This document shows, in pieces, positions 1 through 11,539 of a stretch of DNA of 64,000 bases. The first letter of the stretch is position 1; each line of letters begins with the position of its first letter. Position numbers and translations under genes: made by a program. The notes under the pieces were generated by a model that had not been told where the DNA came from, did no database searches, and worked only from the letters and a program-made list of their open reading frames with translations. The DNA comes from Cyanophora paradoxa CCMP329 (lineage: Eukaryota > Plantae > Glaucophyta): positions 1 to 64,000 of the forward strand of contig QPMI01000127.1 in NCBI GenBank assembly GCA_004431415.1, given 5' to 3'.

Positions 1-512
1 ACGAGGCCGGCCACGGGGCGAAGGGCGCGCATGTCGGTCCCGCAGAGGACCTTCCAGCGGGGCAGGAAGGTGATGCGGAGTTGGCCCGGGGCGATCGCAG
101 CAGCTGCAAGCTCGACGCCGCGCACCACGCGCCGCAGGAGGCCGACCCCGTAGCCGCCGAAGCGCAGGCCGCCGAAGTGGCGCGGGCACGATGCGAGCGC
201 GCGCCGCACCAGCTCGCAGTGGTCCGCGTCGCGCATCTCCTGCGTCAGCCCGATGCCGGCGCCGGCACCGTCCTCGCGCACGCTCCCGATGGCGAGCTGC
301 GCGCCCGCCAGCGGCCCGCCGGGCCCGGAGTAGAAGAACGCCCGGTCGAAGGCCCGGCAGACGAGCCGCAGCCGCAGCTCGCCGCGCCCGATGACGGCCC
401 CGCCAACCGCCGCCCGGAGCACGGCCGCGAGCAGGGCATCCTCCAGGCGCAGGAGCGGCGGCGGCGGCGGCTCGCCGTCCGTCCGCGCGCGCTTCTTCTT
501 CTTCGCAGCCAT
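1..512 (-). CDS. F-box-like protein, N-terminal part (runs off window start)
   Basis: ATG at 512 after an A-tract; reads MAAKKKKRARTDGEPPPPPLLRLEDALLAAVL...LRLRLVCRAF, an NLS-like basic patch plus F-box-like pattern; absent from the ORF track. Confidence 0.55.
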   Translation of the reverse strand, partial: MAAKKKKRARTDGEPPPPPLLRLEDALLAAVLRAAVGGAVIGRGELRLRLVCRAFDRAFFYSGPGGPLAGAQLAIGSVREDGAGAGIGLTQEMRDADHCELVRRALASCPRHFGGLRFGGYGVGLLRRVVRGVELAAAAIAPGQLRITFLPRWKVLCGTDMRALRPVAGL

Positions 513-563
513 TCGTTTTTTCCCGGGACGGACGGGACGACCGGGTTTGACGGGGTACCCCCC

Positions 564-1136
564 CTAGTCATCCAGCTCGATGTAATCGATGAACGTGTCG
601 GGGTCGATGTAGTACCCGGCCTGCCTCTGCCTCTTGAACAGGGGCCGCAGCGTCGGGCGGGGCGGGGCCCGCCGCCCGGGGTTCTCCGCGTGCCAGCGCC
701 GCGCCGACTTGATGCGCTTCTTGCGCGCCTTCCTGGCCGCCTCCCGCTTCTCTTCCGTGATGTAGTACTCGATCGCCGCCCGGCGGCGCCCGGGTAGCGC
801 CAGGCTCACGATCCGGCGGGCGACGGAGTTCCGGAACTCCCGGCGCGCCAGTTGGGTGTACTCGCGCTCCTGCCGCCGCAGCGCCCGCATGAAGTCCTCC
901 TCATCCATCGCGTACATCGCCGCGAGCGTACCGCGGCCCTGCGCCAGGGCGGCGTTGAGCCGATTCCACTGATTCCCTGGCTCGCGCCCTGCCATTTCAG
1001 GCTCGCGGAGGCGCGCCTCCCGAGCCTCCCGCCGGAGCTCGGCCGCCGACATCCGATCGCCTAATTCGGCCGGGTACTCCGCGGCGGCACGGGGCCGCGG
1101 CCTCTTGCGCGAGGGCCCCGCAGCTGCGTTCGTCAT
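564..1136 (-). CDS. hypothetical basic/helical protein
   Basis: 190 aa ORF with natural composition, ending YYIDPDTFIDYIELDD*. Confidence 0.55.
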   Translation of the reverse strand: MTNAAAGPSRKRPRPRAAAEYPAELGDRMSAAELRREAREARLREPEMAGREPGNQWNRLNAALAQGRGTLAAMYAMDEEDFMRALRRQEREYTQLARREFRNSVARRIVSLALPGRRRAAIEYYITEEKREAARKARKKRIKSARRWHAENPGRRAPPRPTLRPLFKRQRQAGYYIDPDTFIDYIELDD

Positions 1137-1169
1137 GCTGCACTCGCGATCGGCAAAAAAAAAGCAGCC

Positions 1170-1442
1170 ATGCGGAGGGCGCGCAACCTGTTCGTGGTGA
1201 TGCGCTGGCCGGAGGGGCAGCCGGGCGGCGGCGCGGAGGCGCTGGGCGTCTTCCGGAGCCTCGTCGATGCGCGGCGCGCGGCGGCGGCGGCGGCGGCGTG
1301 CGACTGCACGGCCGTGTACACCGTGGCGGCGGCGCCGGCCGGCCGGCTGGCGACGGACGAGGAGCTCGAGGAGGCTGCGGCGTGGACGTACGATGGCGAG
1401 GCGGGGGCCTGGACCCGCCAGCGGGGGCCGATGCTGTGTTGA
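1170..1442 (+). CDS. small hypothetical protein
   Basis: A9 tract then gcagccATG; 90 aa. Confidence 0.5.
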   Translation: MRRARNLFVVMRWPEGQPGGGAEALGVFRSLVDARRAAAAAAACDCTAVYTVAAAPAGRLATDEELEEAAAWTYDGEAGAWTRQRGPMLC

Positions 1443-1482
1443 TTTTCTTCTGGATTTTATGCACGTTGAGAATACATACTAG

Positions 1483-1960
1483 ATGGCAGGAAGGATCGCC
1501 GAAAAGGTTCTGCAACGGAGATTCCTCGAAAGGAATGCAAGCACCTTCCGCAGTCCGGACCTGGTTGGACTGAATGGTGGACTCGGAGGGGATCGGCTCA
1601 CCCCTCAGATCTTCGGTGCGCTCGCCGAGCTGAACAAACTCGGGTTCGTTACAACAAACTCCCAGGTAGGAACCAGCGGTCCCAATACGCGGCAGAGGGC
1701 CTACCTGTATGGTATAGTCCTGGGAAGGAACGCAGCAGAGGCCATTGAGCGCATGGGCTTCGAAACGGACCTGCTTGTGGGAGTGTCTCCTGCAGATGAC
1801 GATAGCAGTGGGATACATTTCCCTGTCACGATCCAGAAGGTAGACAACAGCCCCTATTGGGACTTGTTCTTCCGCGGCGAGGATGGCGCCCCAACGCGAA
1901 GATTCGGGGAGCGCTGGGGGAGAAGGCGGTTGCCGGGAGAGTGGATGGCCGATACATACA
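1483..1960 (+). CDS. DUF6919-like hypothetical protein (3' end lost at a junction)
   Basis: LAELNKLGFVTTNSQVG...RQRAYLYG motif; reading becomes unnatural after about 2050. Confidence 0.45.
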
Positions 1961-2059
1961 CCCTCGGTGTGCGCCCCACCAAGCTCCTCGTCTACGCCTC
2001 GGTCCGCGACGGGGGCGTCGTCCAGTACTTCGGCGCGGGCGTCATCTACCAGAACGTGG

Positions 2060-2743
2060 CCCCCCCACTACACGGCGCCCTCGCCCGCCGTCTTCCCGGC
2101 GCTCCGGCGGCTGACCATCCCCGTCTCGGGCTGCCCCCCGGTCGAGCCCCTCCTCTTCGCGTGCAACGGGCTCGCCAAGCTCGCGGCCCTGGAGGAGCTG
2201 CAGGTCGTGCTCGGCGACGCGCCCAGCCTGGCCCTCCTGCCCGAGCCGTACGGCATCGACGAGGTGCTGCGGGAGGCCGAGGAGCACGCGGCGGCGCCGG
2301 CGATGCGCCTCCCGCCCTTCCTGCGCCGCCTCCAGATCGACGCGCGCATCAGCACCTTCGCCCTGCGTCCCGAGATGGAGCCCGCTGCCTCCTTCCTCGC
2401 CCTGGTCCGCATCGTCGCCCTCCTCGTGCGGGGGGCCCGCCCCGGGCTCCGGGAGCTTTGGATCCGGCTCCTGTTCGTCGACAACCCCGAGGCGGCCGGT
2501 TTGGGTGCGATTCGGCCTGAGGCCCTCCGCGCCTCGCTCGGGCTTGCAGGAGCCGGCGTCGACACCGGCGCCGGTGCCCTGCCGCCCCCCTGGGCAGCCC
2601 CGGCCCTCGATGCCTGCCCCTCGCTCCGGAGTGTGACCGTGGACGCCGCGTGCACGCATGCGGCGGCCGGCGTCTTCAACATCGCCTCGGGCGGCCCTCC
2701 CCCGCCCCTCGAGCTCATCCCCCTCTCCTCGGCAGACAGATAG
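2060..2743 (+). CDS. LRR-like protein C-terminal fragment (F-box/LRR type)
   Basis: Repeated FPALRRLTI, LAALEELQV, FLRRLQI, PGLRELWI, CPSLRSVTV motifs; no start of its own. Confidence 0.55.
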   Translation, partial: PPHYTAPSPAVFPALRRLTIPVSGCPPVEPLLFACNGLAKLAALEELQVVLGDAPSLALLPEPYGIDEVLREAEEHAAAPAMRLPPFLRRLQIDARISTFALRPEMEPAASFLALVRIVALLVRGARPGLRELWIRLLFVDNPEAAGLGAIRPEALRASLGLAGAGVDTGAGALPPPWAAPALDACPSLRSVTVDAACTHAAAGVFNIASGGPPPPLELIPLSSADR

Positions 2744-2820
2744 ATCAGCCGGAGGCCGAGCCTCGAGCTCGCATTTGTAGAATATATATATCTTGACCCC
2801 CTGTGTGAGCGAGAGATATA

Positions 2821-3510
2821 ATGGGCTTTACAGACTTCACGTACTCTAGGCGGCGGTACGGTATACCTGGCAGGCTGTTTCCAGACAGCGAGGGCTCTCT
2901 GCTCAACATCTGGCTCGATCTGTACCTCATGGATTCGCCGGGCGAGGGGGGGACGATCGTGACGGTGCACATCCACAGAGAGGACGGGCTCCCCATCGCT
3001 GATGCGCGGGCCCGGGTCTCAAAAGATAGCACTGATATCGTTATCCTACAGCTGACCAACTACAACTGGACGGGACCTCTTCGCGAGTACACAGAGGGGT
3101 TAGGGCGCTTGATGGTCAGGGCGATTATCGATGCTGCGATCGAGCACGGGTTCGTGGCAGACCCATCCCAATCGCGCCTCCTAATTGAGTCCGCCGTACA
3201 AGGTGCCGCCGAATACTATCGGGGCGCATACGGCGTTCGGCCCACTGTGAGATCGTATCAAATGTTCAATCGCTTCCCGATGGAGGGTCCTCTTCAGGTT
3301 GCAATGCGCGGAGTCCAACACTGGGCGCGCCGTTTGTATGACCCCCCGTACGAATACACAACCCACAACGACTTCGAGATCAGCGGCGAGTACGTCCAGA
3401 TCTCAGAGCCCCGTACACCGAACAGAATACCGCCGGCAGCCGGGATGTACGGCACGATCGCCCTGCGCCCCCGCAAGCCCCCCCTTGACCGGAGCATGTT
3501 CCCGATCTAG
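2821..3510 (+). CDS. putative GNAT-fold acetyltransferase-like protein
   Basis: Complete 229 aa ORF after AT-rich spacer; EGLGRLMVRAIID...GAAEYY resembles GNAT motifs A/B. Confidence 0.45.
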   Translation: MGFTDFTYSRRRYGIPGRLFPDSEGSLLNIWLDLYLMDSPGEGGTIVTVHIHREDGLPIADARARVSKDSTDIVILQLTNYNWTGPLREYTEGLGRLMVRAIIDAAIEHGFVADPSQSRLLIESAVQGAAEYYRGAYGVRPTVRSYQMFNRFPMEGPLQVAMRGVQHWARRLYDPPYEYTTHNDFEISGEYVQISEPRTPNRIPPAAGMYGTIALRPRKPPLDRSMFPI

Positions 3511-5249
3511 GCGCCCTAGCCTTTGCCGATCGCGCCGTCCAGCAGGAAGACGACCGTCTCATCGGTCACCTCGAAGGGCCGCGTGCCGTCGTGCGGTAAA
3601 TGCCACCTGGCCCACGTTCCGTCGAGCGTTCGCTCGTGGATGACGACCACGGCGACCTGCCGGAGCGCGAATTAGCGTGCGGCCGGCCAGCGCGCGCACA
3701 TGCGCATCATATGACCGCACCGCGGGCCGGTGCCCGAGGGACCCCACCGCCACGTGGAAGAGGCCGCCGTCGCCGCCGCCGCCCGCGGCGGCCGAGTAGC
3801 GCACGGACGCAAGCGCGGAGTCCAGGCGCACGGCCCCCGGGTGGCCAGGCGCGGGGCAGCCGGGTCGGAGAGGTCGATGACGTGGGCGGCGGGAGGCCGA
3901 CCGCCAGCGGGGGCTGCTGCTGCTGCTGCTGCTGCTGCTGGCCGGCGCCGCCCGGCTGGCGGCGGCTGGTGAGGGAGAGGACCGTGTCCGCGCGGACGAG
4001 AAAGGAGGCCGCGAACGCGAGGTCCTCTGGCGCGCTCTCGGGTCGCAGCACGTACTGGAAGAGCGCCCTGCGCCGCTCGTGGTCGGGCGCCAGGCGCTGG
4101 CGTCGCCTCTGCGGTTCGGCCGCTGCGGCCTCCTCGGGGGCCTCCTGCCGCAGGGGCGCGCCGGGCGGGCCGCCGGGGTCGGCCGGCAGGACGAGCACGC
4201 GGTCTAGGGTGCCGCGGCGCGCGGGCACGGGTGCAGGGGTCCCTCCGTCCCGCCGCCGCTGCACTCGACGGAGACGAGGGCGAGCGGGTTGTAGGTCGTG
4301 CGGCCGGAGCCGCCGGGGGCCGCCACCAGGCGGTCGACGACGTAGTCCGAGCGGGGGGCGTCGGCAACGCGGGCGTCGATGCGGACTTGGTCGGGCGTGT
4401 ACATCGGCTGGAGGCGCGGGTCGCGGGCCGCGACAGGGCTCGATCGTGTCCGGCCGCAGCTCGGCCCGCAGCGGGGGCAGGGCCAGGTGGGGCGGCGCGT
4501 TCGGGTCGGCGTCCCGCGGGGGCCCGCCGGCGGTGCCGTTGTTGAGGATGAAGCTGGCGTCGCCCAGCGTGTAGCCAGGGACGACGGGGGGCGCGGTCTG
4601 CATGACGCGCTCCGGGTCCGGGTGCAGGATGGTGGCGGCACGGTCGGGGGCTGTGTAGGCACCCGCGGGGGGCGGGGGCGCGACCTGCGCACCGACGGGG
4701 AAGAGGGGCACCTGGTCGCGCAGGGGGAGCTGCATGGGCTCCCGCATGCGCGCCGGAACGGCGCTCCGGTCCATCGGCCCGGCGCCCAGCGCCGGGTCCG
4801 GGAGGAGGTCGCGGAAGGCGGTGGGCAGGTCCGAGCCCCATCCTGGCGGAAGGCGAATCCGCCGGGCGCCCCCGCCCCGGCGCCGGCGCCGAACGAGAAG
4901 CCCATGGCCGCGCGGGCGGGGCGGGGCGGTCGGCGGCCCGCTCCGGGAGCACCTGCACGGGGGCGACGAGGCCGGCGACCTGCTGGGGCGCCATCTCGCG
5001 CTTGGCCACCTGCGTGTTCTCGTCGGCGAGCGGGTGGCGCCCCGCCCACACGGAGAAGGTCTCGGCCGGGCGCAGGTGGTCGCGCTCGAGGGAGCGCATC
5101 GCGACCGAGGCGCCGAGCGCGAGACGAGGTTGACGTTCGCGTCGGCCCCGCCAAAGTCGAGGATCCCCTGCCCGTCCTTCTCGGAGCTCGCCGCCATCTT
5201 GCGTGAGGACACACAAGCTGGCGGGCGGGGCGGGCCCCGTGCCGCCGCC

Positions 5250-5511
5250 GCCACAGCCGGGCATGTACGTGGTCTCGGTCTCCAGCCCGGCGGCACCAGG
5301 GGACCACTGGGCGGACATCATCTCGGTGGACCGTTCGGGGGGGGTCCGGTTCTTCGTTGGCAACGGGGTGAACCCCACGAGCCCCCAGACGTCCGGGAGG
5401 TGGGTGGTCTCAGGCAACCCGGCGGGCGGTCTGTCAGTGGGGGTGGTGGGCGGTCCGGAGAGGGCGGCGGTGGATACGGAGCTCAAGTACACGGCGATGG
5501 CGCTTTACTAG
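5250..5511 (+). CDS. hypothetical beta-rich protein C-terminal fragment
   Basis: PGMYVVSVSS...DTELKYTAMALY* natural reading frame. Confidence 0.4.
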
Positions 5512-5543
5512 AATGCCGCGATGGCGCCAATTCAAAGTTTCTT

Positions 5544-6113
5544 CTAGGAGGCCGCGGCCTCCGGCATCCCGATGATGCAATCCGCCTGCTCGCAGGCCGG
5601 CCAGATGCAGCAGCCGGCCGGGATGGGAGCCCCGTCCTGCCCCCCAAGAGCAGCCAGGACAGCGGCAAAATCCTCGGCGTGCAGGGGGAGCTCCCGCTCG
5701 ATGCTGAACGTCTGCGCTGGGATAGGGTAGACCCCGTTGTGCGCATGAAAGACCTCGTAGCACCTGCCGCCACTTTGCGCACGCGGCGACCCAATGGCCA
5801 CTATCGGGTGCGGAGGGGCCGGCAGCGGCTGTTCGTCGACGTGCCGTTCGAGGATGAGTGGGAAGATGGTACCGGCAACGAACGACAGGAGGCAGCCTGT
5901 CCCCGGGATGCGGGCAGGTACGGTCGGCATCTCCTGCACGTCAATGCGGATGGAAAGCTGCTCCCCCGCCCCGGACGACAGCAGCGGCCCGAATGGCCCG
6001 GGGCACCGGCCCACGGCCGGCGCCCCCGTCGGGTGGAAGAGGAGGATGCGGCGGGCCGCCCAGTCGAGCCGGCCGTACAGGTTCGGCAGTGCAAGGACGT
6101 CTGAGTACGACAT
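5544..6113 (-). CDS. hypothetical protein
   Basis: About 190 aa apparently complete ORF with lower-GC upstream spacer. Confidence 0.55.
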   Translation of the reverse strand: MSYSDVLALPNLYGRLDWAARRILLFHPTGAPAVGRCPGPFGPLLSSGAGEQLSIRIDVQEMPTVPARIPGTGCLLSFVAGTIFPLILERHVDEQPLPAPPHPIVAIGSPRAQSGGRCYEVFHAHNGVYPIPAQTFSIERELPLHAEDFAAVLAALGGQDGAPIPAGCCIWPACEQADCIIGMPEAAAS

Positions 6114-6384
6114 CACCGCACGTTAGCGCGCCCCGAAAAAACGTCGCATCTCATCTCATCGCGAGCAAGCTTTAAGACATTTCATACGCGGCGGTACACA
6201 CACTCTGCACCATGTCTTCCGTGCTCGTCCGACCGGGCGCCCTCTCCGCCACCGACAGCTCCCTCCTCGCCGACTCCGTCGAGGTCTCCGGGGCCCTCGG
6301 GACGGCCCGGGTCGAGCGGGCCCCCTACGCGCCCTCCCCCGCCGTGGTGCGGCGCTTCGTGGCCCCCAACGAGCTCGTGCCCGG

Positions 6385-6496
6385 CCAGTGCTGGACGACG
6401 AAGGTTCCGTCCCGCCCCGCCCGCCTGAACTCCTCGATGGTCATGTGGCCCCCGAAGATCTGCAGAGCGTGCCGCGGCGGCGCCGGTCGGAGGGAC
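6385..6496 (-). pseudogene. VLTF2-like late transcription factor, fragment 3 (C-terminal)
   Basis: SLRPAPPRHALQIFGGHMTIEEFRR matches the NCLDV VLTF2 C-terminal motif PAPPR..L..FGG.MTIEEFR. Confidence 0.85.
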
Positions 6497-6844
6497 GTGC
6501 GGCGACGCCTGCGTGGCCGGCGACGAGGGCGGCGGGGCGGGCCAGGCGGCGGCCGGCGGGCCGGGCGGGGCGCGGGCCGGGCGCCGGCGCCGGGCCGGCG
6601 CGCATGGGCGGCGGCGGGGCCGTGGCGACGGGGGGGGTACGCTGGGTAGGGGCTGACGGCGGCCGGTGCCGGCATCGTCGTGCAAAGACACAGCATTCGT
6701 GTCCCAAAATTCGGGCGGCCCGTTAAACGCGCGGCCACGGCCGGGGCGATTTTTTGGACGCCCTCTTCTGTGCGTCGCATGTTCTTCACTGTCCTCGCGG
6801 CAGTGGTGTGCAGCCTGGTTGCAGTGGCAGCGGGGGTAGTCGGC

Positions 6845-7134
6845 ATGACCGCGCAAAGCGAGTACAAGACCCGCTCTGGGAGGGCCGTACGCGCCCCCGA
6901 GCGCTTTGAGCCGCAGGAGCAGGTGGAGGATGATTACGGCGAGGAGGAGCACGACGACGAGAGCATGCACAGCTCAGAAATCAGCTCCGAGATCTCGTTG
7001 GAGAGCGAGGATATGGAGGTCGAGCGGACCATCAGGGAGGAGGAAGGGGGCGAGGACGACGACGGTGACGACTTCATTGTGGAGGATGAGGACGAAGACG
7101 AGGACTACACGGACGAGGATGAGGATGAGGAGGG

Positions 7135-7175
<41 letters not shown>

Positions 7176-7230
7176 GGGAGTCGGAGTCGGAATCGGGGGG
7201 CGGCAAGCCGAAGCGTGCCCGCGCGACCGC
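6845..7230 (+). CDS. conserved NCLDV acidic protein (TRSGR..K/R.PER family)
   Basis: YKTRSGRAVRAPERFEPQEQVEDDYGEEEHD followed by a long D/E tract, partly a (GAT)n microsatellite. Confidence 0.65.
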
Positions 7231-7379
7231 CGCCCGGGCCCGGCCCCCGAGGGGACCACCGGGCTCCCCGTCGTGCGGGACTGGCCCCGCCCGGGCCCGC
7301 CCCCCTCGGGGGGCTCCCTCCTGCGCCTCCACCGGGCTGTCGTGCGTGGCGGCCCCCTTGCGCCGAGCGCAAACCTCTC

Positions 7380-7899
7380 GGCCGCCTCCGTCCGGATCCA
7401 CGGCGCGATCGCCGCCCCCGCCTACGCCCCCGCCCAGGTGCAGGCGCGGCTGGGGCCCCAGCTCTGGCGCCCCTACGATGACCCCGCGCCCGGCACCACC
7501 GCCGCGCTCGCGTGGGACGCCGAGGCCGCCGAGCCGGCCCTCCTCCTGGTGGGGGCGGGGTCGGCCGCCGCGGCCCCTCGCGTCTACTGCTGGGTCGACT
7601 CGGCGCTGCCGAACATGGTGCAGCGCGCGGTGATCACGGGGGCGACGGACCTGTCGCCGGCGCCGGTCCCCGTCGTCGACGCCCCCGTCTCGGGATCGGC
7701 CCGCCCGGAGTGCCTCGCGTGCATGGAGCGCCCCCCAGCGCTGGCCATGATCCCGTGCGGCCACGTCGCCCTCTGCGCCGAGTGCTGGGAGCCCTACGTG
7801 GCCTCGCGCGCCCGGGCCCTCCAGGAGCCCGCCGCCGCCTGCCCCTTCCCCGGCTGCGGCCGGGCCGTCGAGGGGCGCATGGCCGTGATCCTGCCGTGA
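7380..7899 (+). CDS. C3HC4 RING-finger protein, C-terminal fragment
   Basis: CLACMERPPALAMIPCGHVALCAECW...CPFPGC. Confidence 0.8.
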
Positions 7900-8064
7900 T
7901 CATGAGGGCCGGCGCTCGAAGTAGATGCGGAAGTGTTCGTGTTCGTGTGCGAGTGTGCATATACGACGCACCGCGGCCGGCCGGCGGCTCAAGGAGGAGA
8001 TGGACGACATCCTGGGCAACTAACTCTACTGCCACCTCGAGCACTCCCTGCACCTCGCCTGCCA

Positions 8065-8460
8065 GCCGACCAGCAGGCGCGTGAGGCCGGCGTACGCAAG
8101 GTAGTATGGATCATAGAAGGCCTGGAGCGCGCCGGGGTTCTCCACTGCGACATCAATATGGGAAACGTCTGCATTGGTCCAGAGAACCCCCGACTGGACA
8201 TGTCGCGGGCCGTACTGATCGACTTTGATGCATCTCGGTTCAAGGGCGAAGACTACATGGGCAGATACCGCGAGACAGAGCTTGCACTGGTTTGCAGGAG
8301 CGGGGAGACGGAGCTCATCGCAGCTGCCTGCAGCCTCATGTCAGTTGGGTTCGGGGTGTCGCCGACAACGGATCCGGCTAATCCGGATTGGGAACGCGAA
8401 ACGGTGTACCAGGGAACCCGCCCAGCGGTTCTTGGGGCGCTCCAGCGCGCCAACTACAGC
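8065..8460 (+). pseudogene. protein-kinase-like C-lobe fragment
   Basis: LERAGVLHCDINMGNV...VLIDFD (HxD-x4-N and DF motifs). Confidence 0.75.
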
Positions 8461-8862
8461 GTGGAGCAAACAGGTTTTCCCTGCCCCTCCGTGCACCCGT
8501 CCAGGGGGCTGGAGCCCGGGGGGCAGCCGTTGGTGCACGTGCCGTCGGTGGAGCAAACGGGCTTCCCCTGTCCCTCTGCACACCCATCGAGGGGGTTGGA
8601 GCCGGGGGGGCAGCCGTTGGCACACGTGCCGTCGGTGGAACAGATGGCCCCCTCGGAGCATCCATTGAGGGGGTTGGAGCCGGGGGGGCAGAGCTTGCTG
8701 CTATCAGCTGGGGATATCGATGCGTCAGACTCCAAAGTCTGGTCGTCCAGTGCAATCAACCGGTTCGCAATCCCCCCTGATCTGGGATAGATCCGGAGTG
8801 CAAAGACCACCGCGAGCACTATTGCCGCGGCCAGTAAAAAGCCGAGAACTACCGCCTTCATT
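8460..8862 (-). CDS. membrane-anchored Cys-rich repeat protein, N-terminal fragment
   Basis: Signal/TM MKAVVLGFLLAAAIVLAVVFAL then CSTDGTC.NGCPPGS.PLDGC repeats; truncated mid-repeat. Confidence 0.75.
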
Positions 8863-8907
8863 GTAGTCAGTTCTCCTGAGAATATTTTATCTTGCGCACG
8901 GGGCTGT

Positions 8908-9395
8908 TCAGGGTACAAGCTGGGTCACATCGGCGATGAGTTGGAATGAAGTTACTTGCGACCAGTCTGATGTGTAGGTGCGGACCCGAAGCTCGAATTC
9001 ATGCCCCGCCTGGAGTGTAATCATGTGGGGGCCTTGGGGTTTCCAGGTCTTCGCCCTGAGTGCATAGTATCCTAACTGCACTTCTTCGAACCTCTGCGTG
9101 GCACCTGTTGTGCGATTGATGAGCTCGATCATGAAGTTGCTGAAATTTTTGCCGTATTCTTTGAAGCCGATGTCGTATTCGTACTGCAGTGCAGAGCCTG
9201 TTGTCTTCTGCACCCATCGAACCCCGCGAGCTGTAAAAATACCCAGTTCCAGGTTAAACGTGGAGTGGTAGACGCCCGTGTGTCGAACCTTCTCAGCGCA
9301 CCGCAGATTCTCGAGCTTGAACGAATTTGGAGGGCATCCGTTTGCACAGACACCGCCTGGATAAACGCATATCGGGCCCTCCAGGCAGCCCGGCA
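8908..9395 (-). CDS. Cys-rich repeat protein C-terminal fragment with beta-rich domain
   Basis: GCLEGPICVYPGGVCANGCPP then a lower-GC domain ending ADVTQLVP*. Confidence 0.6.
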
Positions 9396-9598
9396 TCTGC
9401 CCGTTGGACGCCGGCAGCACGGCGAGCTGGCTGGGCAGCCGCTCCGGCCCGGAGTAGTAGCAGAAGAGCGGGACGGGCACGGGCATTGGCACACACCGGC
9501 GGCCGACAACAACCTCGCCGGCGGGGACGCGGCGCCGGCCGCGGGGAAAAATTTTTTGTTGCGATCATCACACCTCCTCAAGCGCTCACTGACTACCC

Positions 9599-9892
9599 AT
9601 GCCGCACGCCCGCAAGAAGACGACCAGCCGCCGGCTCGCGACCAGCACCACCGGCCTCTCGCGCCGCACCGTGCTCGGCCACAAGTCCAGGGGCGGCGTT
9701 GCCCTTAAGACCACTGGCGGACTCACCGCCAAGGACCTCACCCGCAACAAGCACGGCGAGATCGTTTCCGTCAAGCGCCGGCGCCACGCCGCCAAGCACC
9801 TGAGCGAGTATAACCGGGCGCTGATCAAGGCGCGCCGCAGGCTCGGGATCACGGGCTTCGTCCCCGTGGGGGCTCGGTTCTATATAGGCTGA
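9599..9892 (+). CDS. DVNP: DVNP (dinoflagellate/viral nucleoprotein) homologue
   Basis: KTTGGLTAKDLTRNKHGEIVSVK core plus KARRRLGITGFVPVG tail; highly basic 97 aa; AT-rich upstream element. Confidence 0.85.
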   Translation: MPHARKKTTSRRLATSTTGLSRRTVLGHKSRGGVALKTTGGLTAKDLTRNKHGEIVSVKRRRHAAKHLSEYNRALIKARRRLGITGFVPVGARFYIG

Positions 9893-10257
9893 ACTGCCTC
9901 TGCTTGTGAGAACATGAATCTAGTGTAGTCCAGTTTCAGTCGACAGCGCCCTGTACTGGACGATCCTCAGCCCGGACGAGATGGATCAAACGAGGCTCAC
10001 CGTGCCCGCAGGGCCGAGGACGGTGTGGCTCGAGACGGTCAGGACGGCCGCCCCGGCCGGCGGGTGGCAGCGGCTTCCGGGCCAGCGCACGGTCATGGAA
10101 ACCGCCCGGGCCCGGCTGCCGCCGCCGGCGCCCCCGAGCGGCGCGAGAAGGCGCTCGTGATCGACCGCCTCGAGCTCGAAGCATCGGAGCAAGGGCTCGG
10201 AGCGCTCGCCAGGATCAACGTGCGCGTCGGGGAGGAGGCGTGGATCCGGGGCACCGT

Positions 10258-10369
10258 CCCCGCAACTTCAGCGGGTTCCGCATCTTCGGTGTCATCGGGC
10301 GGCGCGGCTCCGGGAAGACGACCCTCATGCTCGACCTCATGTACCACTACAGGCACATCGAGTCGGGGG
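10258..10369 (+). pseudogene. A32-like packaging ATPase, fragment 1 (Walker A)
   Basis: RIFGVIGRRGSGKTTLMLDLMYHYRHIESG. Confidence 0.85.
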
Positions 10370-10824
10370 CAGCACCGGTGCCAGGCGCCCTTTGGAAGGT
10401 GATGCGCGCTATCCAGGCGCGCTCTATGGCGGGGTCCCCGAATAGATCCCCATCCTTCCCCAGAAACTCTTTGTCTTGTTCATTCGCGGAATCCAGAAAC
10501 GGCTCCCGGCCCGCCCCCGCACGCACTGCATTGAACAGCCTCAGGATCGTCATAGCCCCCTCGCCGGCATTCTGGAAATCGCGGAAGTTGAACCTCGTAT
10601 CGCCTGACCGGCTGTCCTTGTATCGGACGTAGAGGCGAACCGCCGCTATCTCCTGCTGGACCGTGCGAGCGTCTGCAGTCTTCTGAGCGCTTCCGTCAGC
10701 ACGTAGGGCTCCCTGAAGGACAGGGGGTCATTCCTGCTGCGGCGCACCCCAACGCCCGCGAACCCAATAGCCTTAGCACACTCGGGCGACAAGAAGGTTG
10801 TTGCACCCTGTATTTCCTCCGGCC

Positions 10825-11100
10825 CCGAGGACCTGGGGCGGGACGAGGGACACCGAGCAGCCCATCACGTAGAGCGTCTGGATGTACTGGAGGATCGCCT
10901 CGCGCGACTCGCCGTCCGCCGACGCCCAGAGGCCCGCGACGTCCAGGGAGGCGCCCCCCGCGAACGGAATTGGGGGATAGGACCTGTCGGAGAGGATCTC
11001 GGCGCCCCTTCCGGCCAGGAGCATGTCGCCGTGGGGCTTCAGCGCCTGCACGAAGGCCTGCATAGGGGCGGTGGGGCTGCGCGGCCCGCTTCTGCGCGAA
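10825..11100 (-). pseudogene. conserved NCLDV hypothetical protein, internal fragment
   Basis: LWASADGESREAILQYIQTLYVMGCSVSLVPPQVL resembles the algal-virus motif AxWQYLQTLYMLG...IP. Confidence 0.6.
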
Positions 11101-11359
11101 GTGCCACGAGGGGCTGGGCAAGGGCGGCGACGAAGAGGCGGCCGACGACGACGACAACGGTGGCGGTGAAGAGGAGGAGGAGGAGGGGGAGCATGAGCAG
11201 GAGCCGGCGCCGGCGGCGGGGGCGGACGGCACGGCGCGCCCAAGCCACGATCCGACTGGGGCAGCAGCACCGCCACCGCCGCCACCGCCACCGCTGCCAC
11301 CGCCACCAACGGGCACTGGGCGCCGGAGGCCGCTGCGGGTGGCCAAGGGTTCGGGCTCA

Positions 11360-11539
11360 ATGACAACTGCGGGCTACGGTCGGCTGCTGGGGAGGACTGT
11401 CACGGCCCGCTCGGTCCACCCGGTGATGCCCGAGCTAATCGGGAAGCCCGTGCCAGAGAGCACCGAGCTGCACTGCTGGCACTGTGTGCACGCCTTCAAG
11501 GGGCGGCCCGTCTCGCTCCCGTACCGGCAGGAGCGCGAG
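11360..11539 (+). pseudogene. VLTF2-like late transcription factor, fragment 1
   Basis: PESTELHCWHCVHAFKGRPVSLPY (CWxCxHxF zinc-finger half). Confidence 0.85.

Noticed and set aside
8021-8023. Stop-codon reassignment (TAA read-through)
   Set aside because: Single instance; TAA terminates other ORFs normally (e.g. 33424, 43153, 59732).
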